Below the pieces are notes generated by a model that was not told the DNA's origin, did not search any database, and saw only the letters and a list, made by a program, of their open reading frames with translations. The position numbers and the translations under genes are program-made. DNA of 64,000 nt from sequence record PV467748.1; one strand, 5' to 3'. Of the stretch, positions 35,219 through 43,845 are shown one piece after another; position 1 is the first letter of the stretch, and every line of letters begins with the position of its first letter. This DNA comes from a phage.

Positions 35219-35617
35219 TTATTTCATTTTTGCTAGGCAGATTTCATTGGCTTCCCATTGAGCTTGCTTAATAATAGCTTTGGATACAGGAACCCTTTGG
35301 CCATAAGTTTTTGACGTTGAGAGAACAATGTATTTGTTTGCTTCATTATGCCAGCCCCGTGATTTTTCGCCATGGGTGCCTTTAACTACAGCTGACACCT
35401 CAACAGAGCAACCACCATCAGAAATCTTGGTTTCGACAATCCATTCATTTCTCTCAGCAGCTTCAAGTTCCAATCTAGTTTTTTCTTCATACATCGCGGC
35501 CCAATCAGTTTTTGCCAAGTTGAAAGTAAGAGCTTTCTCTAATTCTTTGGCATATTTTTGTTGTTCAGGTGTTAATGAATTATACAACTCTTGCATTTCT
35601 TTATCTTCGATATTCAT
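35219..35617 (-). CDS. hypothetical protein (132 aa)
   Basis: Track ORF. Confidence 0.45.
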   Translation of the reverse strand: MNIEDKEMQELYNSLTPEQQKYAKELEKALTFNLAKTDWAAMYEEKTRLELEAAERNEWIVETKISDGGCSVEVSAVVKGTHGEKSRGWHNEANKYIVLSTSKTYGQRVPVSKAIIKQAQWEANEICLAKMK

Positions 35618-35675
35618 TATGTTCTCCTCAAATTATGGGCTCATAATATCTTAATCATGGGCCCATGTAAACGTT

Positions 35676-35942
35676 TTATTTCATATTATTGAAATAATCT
35701 TCCGCATCAAAATCATTATCATGATAAACTTTGGTAGACAATTTAACATAACCTTCGGCAGCGAACATATTAACCACAACCTTTACAGTATACCATTGTC
35801 CATCATCTTCATTACCCATTACTGCATAGGTTTCATACACCGGGTGTTCAGGACCGACAACCTTAATATCGTTAACTGTGGCACCAAATTCTTCCGGAAC
35901 ACATTTCATAAAGAAATTAAACACTTCACCATAATTATCCAT
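35676..35942 (-). CDS. hypothetical protein (~88 aa)
   Basis: Track ORF 35676..35957 trimmed to ATG (MDNYGEVFNFF...) after SD GGAGAGTAAA. Confidence 0.45.
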   Translation of the reverse strand: MDNYGEVFNFFMKCVPEEFGATVNDIKVVGPEHPVYETYAVMGNEDDGQWYTVKVVVNMFAAEGYVKLSTKVYHDNDFDAEDYFNNMK

Positions 35943-35948
35943 TTTACT

Positions 35949-36007
35949 CTCCTTCACTCTGTTGTTTTGATAGGTCTATAGTATCATGTTCTACGAAAGA
36001 GTAAACA
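35949..36007 (-). promoter_or_regulatory. early promoter cassette (-35 GTTTAC, 17-bp spacer, -10 TACTAT); leader shared with cassette at 30494
   Basis: Plus cactctgttgttttgataggtctatagtatcatgttctacgaaagagtaaacatc. Confidence 0.6.
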
Positions 36008-36028
36008 TCTTTTTAAACCTTTTAGAAA

Positions 36029-36057
36029 CAAAAAAGGCCCAACCTTTCGGAAGGGCC
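36029..36057 (-). terminator. intrinsic terminator (GGCCC...CCTTCCGAAAGG...GGGCC then T6 on minus strand)
   Basis: Plus aaaaaaggcccaacctttcggaagggcc. Confidence 0.6.
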
Positions 36058-36062
36058 TAGAA

Positions 36063-36617
36063 TCAGTTCTTGTAGAACCGGAATGGGTTTATGTGGAAGG
36101 CTAACATAGCCTTAGGGATTTTACGAGACAAAAGGCTCTTAAGCTTCCAACCACAGTACACGCGAAGGTAAAAGGTAATCCCACCAACCTTAAGATATGG
36201 AACTGAAGCAAATACACCCCAGGCGTCGTCATTCCACATCCATAACCACCCGTGATGAGCTTTATCAGGAGAACCGGATTCCACGTCGGGATTACCTCGA
36301 TAATGGAATTCCGAGCTACAATCACGACCGAGTTTATGGTAAGCAAAGTTATAAGCTTTATTTCGCCATAGCCAAGCTACTCTCTGAAGATAAACGCCGC
36401 CCGGCATTTTCCTGATGTTAGCCCAACGTTTAATATGACCTTTATCACCGTCAATTGGATTATCGTATGTCATCATCCAATCAAAGCCGTACGGTAATTT
36501 ACCTGTCTTTTTATTGTGGAAAGGAACCACAAATGGTGCAAGGATAACAGCCAGAACCATAGAGATAAAATCTAGTGGGACCAACAGAACCCAACTCAAA
36601 TATTTTAAAAGTTTCAT
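36063..36617 (-). CDS. membrane-anchored Trp-rich protein (~185 aa)
   Basis: Track ORF 36063..36722 trimmed to ATG (MKLLKYLSWVLLVPLDFISMVLAVILAPFVVPF...) downstream of the terminator at 36635. Confidence 0.45.
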   Translation of the reverse strand: MKLLKYLSWVLLVPLDFISMVLAVILAPFVVPFHNKKTGKLPYGFDWMMTYDNPIDGDKGHIKRWANIRKMPGGVYLQRVAWLWRNKAYNFAYHKLGRDCSSEFHYRGNPDVESGSPDKAHHGWLWMWNDDAWGVFASVPYLKVGGITFYLRVYCGWKLKSLLSRKIPKAMLAFHINPFRFYKN

Positions 36618-36634
36618 ATATTTCTCTAAGTTAA

Positions 36635-36656
36635 CCAAAAAGCCCCAGATGGGGCT
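36635..36656 (-). terminator. intrinsic terminator (AGCCCC-ATCT-GGGGCT then T5 on minus strand)
   Basis: Plus aaaaagccccagatggggct. Confidence 0.55.
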
Positions 36657-36660
36657 TTCG

Positions 36661-37125
36661 TTATTTGATTTGTTTAGCAGACCAGATACGGTCTTTGATG
36701 ATTTTCTGAATATCTTCAACATACTCTAAGTCGTGAGCATGCGGATTATCTTTGAAGCTATGTGCTCGTGCCAGTTTCTGGCCTTCTGTTTTGATTACTA
36801 AAAGCTCTTTAAGAATTGCTTCATACTTAGAAATAATTCCTTTGGCGATATTTTTTTCTTGAGCGGCTTTAGGGTCCGCTTTTGTCGCAGGTGCTTTACC
36901 TGTAGCTTTCTGGAACAATTCACCTGATGCAGCTAGGCTTTTAAAAACTCGGCTAACAGTATTAGCATTAGTAAAACCTTCGGCTTTAAAATCTTTAATA
37001 AAACGGAAACGTTCTTCATCAGAGGCGTCTTTGTAAGAATATTTACCTGCTTGAATTGCTGCAATAGCAGCGGCTTTTACATCTGAACTAGATTGTTCGG
37101 TCAAAAATTCATTGTAAGTTTTCAT
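36661..37125 (-). CDS. internal-protein-like gene with CTS (154 aa)
   Basis: Track ORF starting MKTYNEFLTE; first gene downstream of the tRNA locus. Confidence 0.55.
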   Translation of the reverse strand: MKTYNEFLTEQSSSDVKAAAIAAIQAGKYSYKDASDEERFRFIKDFKAEGFTNANTVSRVFKSLAASGELFQKATGKAPATKADPKAAQEKNIAKGIISKYEAILKELLVIKTEGQKLARAHSFKDNPHAHDLEYVEDIQKIIKDRIWSAKQIK

Positions 37126-37164
37126 TATTATTTCCTAAGTTAATTAACTTATCTATTTATTATG

Positions 37165-37194
37165 CCAAAAAGCCCCAACCTTTCGGAAGGGGCT
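37165..37194 (-). terminator. intrinsic terminator (AGCCCC...CCTTCCGAAAGG...GGGGCT then T5 on minus strand)
   Basis: Plus ccaaaaagccccaacctttcggaaggggct; same core as the terminator at 36029. Confidence 0.55.
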
Positions 37195-37243
37195 ATGCCT
37201 TGCGGCAACCTTGTCGGGGTTCCACCTGCTAAGGCAAGTGTTT

Positions 37244-37335
37244 GTACGAAACGCCGGGATTCGAACCCGGTTATTAAGTAGTTGACGCTACTCAATATTT
37301 TTAAAAGGCCATATCTCGACCATATCCGAACGTTC
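37244..37335 (-). ncRNA. tRNA-like structured RNA (canonical T-arm and acceptor-like stem, overall too long for a standard tRNA)
   Basis: Minus-strand CCGGGTTCGAATCCCGG T-arm followed by CGTTTCG, with complementary CGGAACG about 85 nt upstream; could be a type-II tRNA or a T4-type small stable RNA. Confidence 0.3.
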
Positions 37336-37576
37336 CGTCAAAAACGCTACTCGGCTTACGGCAAAGATATTTCCTCGAATCGATAATTCTGTGCGCCGTT
37401 TCTGCTGTGATGTAAGGGGACGTTAACAGATCGTAAAGATTTGTTAATGCCAGTCCTTACTCAGGGAACATCAGTCCGACGACTTACCGGTAGCGACCCG
37501 GTTTCTTGTTTGTTGCGCCGGTGAATGCTGGTAATCAGTCTTCATACGACGGCTTGACTATATAATAGTCTTCATT

Positions 37577-37651
37577 TGGTATCCCGCCCTGGGATCGAAC
37601 CAGGACCGCAAACTTAGAAGGATCGTATGCTATCCATTACACCAGCGGGAC
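37577..37651 (-). tRNA. tRNA-Arg (anticodon UCU)
   Basis: Minus-strand GTCCCGCTGGTGTAATGGATAGCATACGATCCTTCTAAGTTTGCGGTCCTGGTTCGATCCCAGGCGGGATACCA; anticodon loop CTTCTAA; T-loop TTCGATC; encoded CCA. Confidence 0.65.
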
Positions 37652-37656
37652 GTAGT

Positions 37657-37733
37657 TGGTGACCCAGACCAGATTTGAACTGGTAACCTTTCCCTTATGA
37701 GGGGACTGCTGCTAACCATTGAGCTACAGGGCC
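37657..37733 (-). tRNA. tRNA with CAU anticodon (Ile-lysidine type or Met)
   Basis: Minus-strand GGCCCTGTAGCTCAATGGTTAGCAGCAGTCCCCTCATAAGGGAAAGGTTACCAGTTCAAATCTGGTCTGGGTCACCA; anticodon loop CTCATAA; T-arm ACCAG-TTCAAAT-CTGGT. Confidence 0.6.
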
Positions 37734-37818
37734 TTAATTCTATTATGAAAGGCTCTTTGAGGGAAGAACCTTTGGTAATAGAGGGTATTAATGATAGAGT
37801 AATAATATCATATAATTC

Positions 37819-38295
37819 TTAAAGCATATCAAGTGCTTTCACATCAGGAATTTTAATTTCTTCTTCAATGATATACAGCTTGACATAAGAAATTACACGG
37901 ATAAAATCGCCATCATATTCACAAGCCATACCAAGGAGCTCAGTAAGGGCTTCATTCAAGTAGTATTCTTCCTCGTCGTCATTCAGCAAAGCTTCTAAGT
38001 CTTGGACCCAAAGGACTTTATCTAAAAATTCAGGAGTCAACTGGCCTGATTTTACACCAGATTCAATGTGAGCAATAACCAAGTGCTTAACTACGTCCCA
38101 TTCCGAATTACCACATTTATCCGGGTTGTTGCAATGCGAACCATGGAAAAGTTCTAGGATATATTTGTACTGTTGGATTTCATGTTCTTCTACGCCAAAT
38201 ACAGTCTGGGTTTTATAGTTATCGCCATCATTTTCCCAGGTTTCAATTTCAATCGCATAACCTTTAGGGATAGTTTGTCCGAATTTAATATTCAT
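37819..38295 (-). CDS. hypothetical acidic protein (~158 aa)
   Basis: Track ORF 37819..38304 trimmed to ATG (MNIKFGQTIPKG...). Confidence 0.45.
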   Translation of the reverse strand: MNIKFGQTIPKGYAIEIETWENDGDNYKTQTVFGVEEHEIQQYKYILELFHGSHCNNPDKCGNSEWDVVKHLVIAHIESGVKSGQLTPEFLDKVLWVQDLEALLNDDEEEYYLNEALTELLGMACEYDGDFIRVISYVKLYIIEEEIKIPDVKALDML

Positions 38296-38582
38296 TGCGG
38301 CCACATATTAATGTAATCAAGTTTAATAGAAGCAATCTTCAAAGGATTTTTAAAGATGTCGTATTCGACCAATCCGTTTTCAGTTGCGGTGTAGAAAGTA
38401 AAGTTAACAGAATTATAACGGCGACCATTAACTTTTAGTTTAACGTCGCTTGAACTACGACCAATATTAACCTGTTGGACATCAAGCACAGCATCTTTGC
38501 CAAAGTTGCGAATCAGTAGCTCTGCTGCAACCTGGTCTGAATTATATCCATTCTCTGGATTAGTAACCTTAACGTATAACAT
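38292..38582 (-). CDS. hypothetical protein (96 aa)
   Basis: Track ORF. Confidence 0.45.
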   Translation of the reverse strand: MLYVKVTNPENGYNSDQVAAELLIRNFGKDAVLDVQQVNIGRSSSDVKLKVNGRRYNSVNFTFYTATENGLVEYDIFKNPLKIASIKLDYINMWPQ

Positions 38583-38984
38583 TTAACCCTCGTCTACAAT
38601 AGTATGGGTATTAGCATTAACAATCTGCCACCAGTCAAAACGATCGGAGCCGTAAAGAAACTTATTCTCGTTTTCTTTAACAATTTCACGTAGTTCATCT
38701 TCAGTGGCAGCTTTAGCGATTAAATCGGTATAGCCACCACGTGGATAGTAGTTATCACCCGCGAACAGAAGGAAATTTACTTTACCAGAAGGAACATATG
38801 CTTCCTTAGGATACTTGTTTCCTGCTTGGTCTACCACTTCAATATAACGGTAAGGAATATCAGTACTTTCAACCCATTGCCAAGCCGCAGCAGGGGATTC
38901 AAAAGCATCTACACCTAAACGGTTATCTTCATCTTTAGACGGATTATTTTCATAATCCGCATATACATAATATTCAACGTTCAT
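38583..38984 (-). CDS. hypothetical protein (133 aa)
   Basis: Track ORF. Confidence 0.45.
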   Translation of the reverse strand: MNVEYYVYADYENNPSKDEDNRLGVDAFESPAAAWQWVESTDIPYRYIEVVDQAGNKYPKEAYVPSGKVNFLLFAGDNYYPRGGYTDLIAKAATEDELREIVKENENKFLYGSDRFDWWQIVNANTHTIVDEG

Positions 38985-39169
38985 TATTCACCTTTAGAGA
39001 TTTTATCCATAACGAAAGAAATTGAACCAATTAAGAATGCCACTACTAAAGAAATTATATTCTCGGAAGTTGAAAGCATATCGAGCATGAATCCTGTAAA
39101 CATACTAAAGCCAAAAGCGGTAACAGCGGCCAGTGCAGTAACATTTCTAATTAATTCACAACGTTTCAT
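38984..39169 (-). CDS. small membrane protein (~61 aa)
   Basis: Track ORF 38984..39181 starts at TTG; trimmed to ATG (MKRCELIRNVTALAAVTAFGFSMFTGFMLDM...). Confidence 0.45.
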   Translation of the reverse strand: MKRCELIRNVTALAAVTAFGFSMFTGFMLDMLSTSENIISLVVAFLIGSISFVMDKISKGE

Positions 39170-39184
39170 TTTATTCTCCAATCA

Positions 39185-39236
39185 CTCATTTGTTTTGATA
39201 GGACTATAGTACCATCACTAAAGCCCGTTGTAAACA
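39185..39236 (-). promoter_or_regulatory. early promoter cassette variant (-35 GTTTAC, -10 TACTAT)
   Basis: Plus tcactcatttgttttgataggactatagtaccatcactaaagcccgttgtaaaca. Confidence 0.55.
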
Positions 39237-39237
39237 A

Positions 39238-39510
39238 TTATTTTAAATAAATTGCATATTTTTTATAACCAGCTGTCTCGTGGCGCAGCCCTTTTTCATT
39301 AGCAAAACGTTCAATATTATTGATTTGATTCTGGTCAAGTTCTGACGTGTCAAATACAAAAAAGTTTCGCTTGTTGCCTAAAGTTACATGATTAGTCAAA
39401 TCGATGTTATAGAGATGATTTATATTATCAATCATGGTCTTAACAGATTTGTTAATTTTTGCTTCTTCATTAAGAATAGATTCAGCGATAAATTCTTGAT
39501 AAGTTTTCAT
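39238..39510 (-). CDS. internal-protein-like gene with CTS (~91 aa)
   Basis: Track ORF 39238..39555 trimmed to ATG giving MKTYQEFIAESILNEE.... Confidence 0.55.
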   Translation of the reverse strand: MKTYQEFIAESILNEEAKINKSVKTMIDNINHLYNIDLTNHVTLGNKRNFFVFDTSELDQNQINNIERFANEKGLRHETAGYKKYAIYLK

Positions 39511-39519
39511 TTTGATTTC

Positions 39520-39578
39520 CGTGTGGTTGGTTTGTTTTGATAGGTCTATAGGCATGATACTATAGACCTTGTAAACAC
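39520..39578 (-). promoter_or_regulatory. early promoter cassette variant with internal palindrome aggtctatag/ctatagacct (-35 GTTTAC)
   Basis: Plus ttttgataggtctataggcatgatactatagaccttgtaaacacc. Confidence 0.5.
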
Positions 39579-39587
39579 CTTTTTAAA

Positions 39588-40486
<899 letters not shown>

Positions 40487-40494
<8 letters not shown>

Positions 40495-41248
40495 TTTTAT
40501 TTCCTAATAATTTATCAATAGTGGTGTATAGTTCAGAAAGAGTGCCGTTATTTTCAACAACAACGTCACCAGGTAAAATTGGTAGACCCGCTTCAGTGAT
40601 GTGCGAGTCTTGTACTTGACCGGTTTCAGCGCGAACTACATGAATAATCGTAGCACCCATCGCTCTGAGCGAATCAATTTCGTGTGTTTGACGAACATCA
40701 GGTACGACATAGTATTTCGCATCAGAGTATATTTTATCAAAATAGTCTAAAGCGAACAACTTAACCCAATACATCTTATCAAATTGGTTAACAATAATGT
40801 CGGTCCCAAGGGTCTGCATGAGACGACGTACTGACCAATTGTTATTTTTATTTATTACTTCAAATAGCTGGTCTTTTGTTTCTTCAGACAGATACTGGAC
40901 CGGGGTAAGACCATAATGATATGCGGTACGAATGTCCATTCCTGGAATAGGAAGGATATTATTCAGTTTGACAATAGCATGTTCAAAAATATCAACCACA
41001 TCATATGGTTTTAAAGGAAGGATTTCTTCACGGTCGTAACCGATACCTTCAAAACAGTTGAAATCCAGTTTAGGCATATAACTACGGTCGAATACAGGGT
41101 CATCAGAGATGTATTCATAGGCTTCAGCCAGATACTTTTTAATAGGACCCGCGAGCTGAAATTTTACCGAATCCATATTTTCGATTACATAGTTAGCAAC
41201 GGTATCCTTACCGCTACGTTTGATTCCTACAATTGATATTAGTTTCAT
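40487..41248 (-). CDS. 1: deoxynucleoside monophosphate kinase gp1
   Basis: 253-aa track ORF MKLISIVGIKRSGKDTVANY...VRRLMQTLGTD...MYWVKLFALDY matching recalled T4 gp1. Confidence 0.88.
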
Positions 41249-41838
41249 TATTTTCTCATAGATGGATGCATAGACATACGAGCCACACGTTGTTCGGCAT
41301 ACGAATCAATTTGTGGACGACCTGTAACTATTGTACCATCTATTTCTACAGCAAACGATTTGAAGTTGAATGTTGCTGTAGCGATTATCGCAGGGTCAGA
41401 ATCTTCTTTATACGAGTACTGGATTTCCGAGAGGTCGGATGGCCATCCACCGTAGTAATGAATGCTCATTACGATTTTCTGTTTGTTGTTATCAAGGATG
41501 TGGAGGGTGATAGCTTCCGGCTGTCCTTTAGGATGCCAGGCTTCTGAATCATGGGTTACATAGTTGTTTAATGACAACATCCACTTATAAACGTCAAGCC
41601 ATGATTTCAATTCTTTGTCCACAAGAAAGTTCACGACCAATGGGTCGAATTCTACAGTAGAACCTGGCAGCTTAGCACGATGTATGCCCTGGGTCGATCC
41701 TGGGACGTCTGAGACCGGAATATGGATACCCGGTAGTGTTACATCTTGTACGTTCAATTTGAATGCCTGCGTCATTCCTGCGTCACTAACCTCTAAGATA
41801 AAGTTAGTAGTGTTAGTTTGGTTAAATAAACCGTTCAT
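41248..41838 (-). CDS. 3: tail completion / sheath stabiliser gp3
   Basis: Track ORF 41248..42003 trimmed to internal ATG (MNGLFNQTNTTNFILEVSDAGMTQAFKLNVQDV...), removing the overlap with gene 2; SD AGGAA upstream. Confidence 0.75.
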   Translation of the reverse strand: MNGLFNQTNTTNFILEVSDAGMTQAFKLNVQDVTLPGIHIPVSDVPGSTQGIHRAKLPGSTVEFDPLVVNFLVDKELKSWLDVYKWMLSLNNYVTHDSEAWHPKGQPEAITLHILDNNKQKIVMSIHYYGGWPSDLSEIQYSYKEDSDPAIIATATFNFKSFAVEIDGTIVTGRPQIDSYAEQRVARMSMHPSMRK

Positions 41839-41850
41839 AGGGTTCCTATA

Positions 41851-41885
41851 TTGCTTAAGTCCTAGCCAGTGTATAATGGTCCTAG
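41851..41885 (+). promoter_or_regulatory. plus-strand promoter-like element (MotA-box-like TGCTTAA, 13 nt, TATAAT then GGTCCTAGGT) antisense to the early genes
   Basis: Plus atattgcttaagtcctagccagtgtataatggtcctaggtctg; the downstream motif TATAATGGTYCTAGG recurs on the minus strand at 7144 and 14414. Confidence 0.35.
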
Positions 41886-41923
41886 GTCTGTTCCATTCAA
41901 TAACTGGCTGGGATAATAGATTA

Positions 41924-42760
41924 TTATGAGTTCTTCCATACTTTCTGAGCTGAGTAACGCTTACCTTTAGACATAAATTGCTGAAGTGGAAGCATGACCA
42001 CATTAGCCCAATCAGCAGGTTTTATCTCTACTAAAGGTCCCTTAATATTTCCAGGGATATAAGCCTTAATCATCACGTCTGCACCAGCGAATCCTTTTAC
42101 CTTACTCCAATCGATTTTTAATTTAGTCGAGTTAGTAATGGTAGGCGTACTCGCGTATTGCTTCAGCAATTCTTCCAGAAATTGTTGACGTGCTTTAGGT
42201 GGAATATAGTGTAAGTTCAGTCCGTACATTAAATTATGCTTACCTAACCCAAGATAAATGATTAAAGGATATTTGTCCCAGTATGGTAGGGTATCCTTGT
42301 GCTTGGCGTCATAGATATAAGCATAAAGCTTACCAGGAGATGGTTTAGATATCTGGTGTCCACGAATTCCTTTCTTTAATGTTTCTGTAAACCATTTAGC
42401 TGATTTATTGTTTACGGCAGCGCCTTCGTTAGCAATCTTATCACGAATACTCTTTCTAAAACTATTCACCAAAATTAATTGACGTTCGGCTTTGGTTAAT
42501 TTATTGCCAGGTTTCTTCTGAAGTTTTTCAACCTGTACAGCAGTTTTAATTCGACTCGAGTATCGAGACATCGCAGATGTAAAGCTAGAATACTTAATGC
42601 CTTTATCTTCAGCGAATTTCTTAGCCGAAACACCTTTAGCCTTAGCCTTGGCATATTCAACGCCTAAAGTTATCCATTGTTGTTCTGAACGGGTAGGCTT
42701 GGAACCTTTTGTAGTTTCAGTAGCCTCGTTTATGTAAGAAAATATACTCATCCTTTCCAT
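41924..42760 (-). CDS. 2: DNA end-protector protein gp2
   Basis: 278-aa track ORF in the gene 2 position between 3 and 4; length close to T4 gp2. Confidence 0.7.
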   Translation of the reverse strand: MERMSIFSYINEATETTKGSKPTRSEQQWITLGVEYAKAKAKGVSAKKFAEDKGIKYSSFTSAMSRYSSRIKTAVQVEKLQKKPGNKLTKAERQLILVNSFRKSIRDKIANEGAAVNNKSAKWFTETLKKGIRGHQISKPSPGKLYAYIYDAKHKDTLPYWDKYPLIIYLGLGKHNLMYGLNLHYIPPKARQQFLEELLKQYASTPTITNSTKLKIDWSKVKGFAGADVMIKAYIPGNIKGPLVEIKPADWANVVMLPLQQFMSKGKRYSAQKVWKNS

Positions 42761-43197
42761 CCTAATTTTTTCAGTGAGTTTTCGGTAATCAATCTGAAAT
42801 TAATTCCCATTTTATCTGCTGTAGCTTTAGCAGCTTTCCATTTATCTTTATTTACACTCCATGTATAATGTTCGTTGATATATCTCTTTTTAGCAGCTGT
42901 AGTCATTTTAGCAGGCGCCGCTGGAGGATGGGTTTCTTTAAAAGGTTTGACTTCGAAAAAGAATTGTTGACCGTTGTCGAACTTCACCCAGAAGTCCATA
43001 AAATACCGACGTTTCTTTCCATCGGCGTTACTAAAATATGGAATCACAACCTCTTCCGAGTTCCACTGGACGACATTAGGATGGTTGTCAAGCCAACGCA
43101 TAAGCCATGCTTCCCAAGAGGAACGATATTGGATTTTCTTCCAATCACCTTTATATTTTTGTAAGTTTGTAGGTTTAAATTTCCCTGAGTAGGCCAT
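42748..43197 (-). CDS. 4: head completion protein gp4
   Basis: 149-aa track [21 protein letters not shown]... matching the recalled T4 gp4 N-terminus and length; divergent from gene 53. Confidence 0.8.
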   Translation of the reverse strand: MAYSGKFKPTNLQKYKGDWKKIQYRSSWEAWLMRWLDNHPNVVQWNSEEVVIPYFSNADGKKRRYFMDFWVKFDNGQQFFFEVKPFKETHPPAAPAKMTTAAKKRYINEHYTWSVNKDKWKAAKATADKMGINFRLITENSLKKLGWKG

Positions 43198-43207
43198 AGT
43201 GCCTCCT

Positions 43208-43215
43208 TATAAATA
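43208..43215 (+). promoter_or_regulatory. late promoter TATAAATA for gene 53 and the baseplate operon
   Basis: Exact TATAAATA 27 nt upstream of the gp53 ATG. Confidence 0.7.
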
Positions 43216-43222
43216 TTAATAT

Positions 43223-43230
43223 TATTTATA
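43223..43230 (-). promoter_or_regulatory. late promoter TATAAATA for gene 4
   Basis: Plus tatttata is TATAAATA on the minus strand, about 25 nt upstream of the gp4 ATG. Confidence 0.65.
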
Positions 43231-43242
43231 CTCGGAGGCACT

Positions 43243-43845
43243 ATGCTCTTCTCATTTTTCGACCCTATAAATTACGAATCAAAAACAGTCAAGGCAGATT
43301 CCGGCTCATTAACAAATGCCGATGTATTGAGCGTACCGATGACTGATATATTTAGAAATTATAAAGAATATTTTGATAGAGTGGCTAAAAATTATACACT
43401 AAAAACTTATTATATCAATGGAGCCCCGCGTCCGGAAGAATTAGCCCATCAACTTTATGGTAACGTGCAATTATATTGGGTTTTATTGATGTGTAATAAT
43501 ATATACGACCCTTATTACGGCTGGATTACAGGCCAAGAAGTTGCATATCAAGCAGCTATTCAACGTTATGCTACTGCAGGCGGAAACCAAGTTCTTTATC
43601 ATGTCAATGAAAAAGGTGAGAAATTCTGGAATCTTGTTAATACCCCAGAAAATCCTTATACTTGGTACGATAAAGGCGATACAGAAAAACGTTATCCTCA
43701 ATATGAAGGTCCTTTGGCCGCAGTAGATATTTACGAGGATGCCATTCGTAAAAATGAATATAAGCGCGAAATAAAGATTATAGACCCTAATGACATCGAG
43801 TCCTTTGTTTCCGCTTTAATTAGAGAAATGGAAAAAGCGCTATGA
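43243..43845 (+). CDS. 53: baseplate wedge protein gp53
   Basis: 200-aa track ORF in the gene 53 position, followed by gp5. Confidence 0.75.
   Translation: MLFSFFDPINYESKTVKADSGSLTNADVLSVPMTDIFRNYKEYFDRVAKNYTLKTYYINGAPRPEELAHQLYGNVQLYWVLLMCNNIYDPYYGWITGQEVAYQAAIQRYATAGGNQVLYHVNEKGEKFWNLVNTPENPYTWYDKGDTEKRYPQYEGPLAAVDIYEDAIRKNEYKREIKIIDPNDIESFVSALIREMEKAL

Noticed and set aside
37551-37566. Plus-strand cttgactatataat resembling a sigma-70 promoter (TTGACT plus TATAAT)
   Set aside because: The two hexamers are separated by only 1 nt, incompatible with a 16-18-bp spacer; more likely part of the tRNA-locus processing region.
8114-39578. Possibility that the repeated ttgataggtctatagtat elements form a CRISPR array
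   Set aside because: Copies are separated by kilobases of coding sequence at irregular spacing, each sits at a fixed distance upstream of a gene start, and each has promoter geometry; this is a dispersed promoter family.
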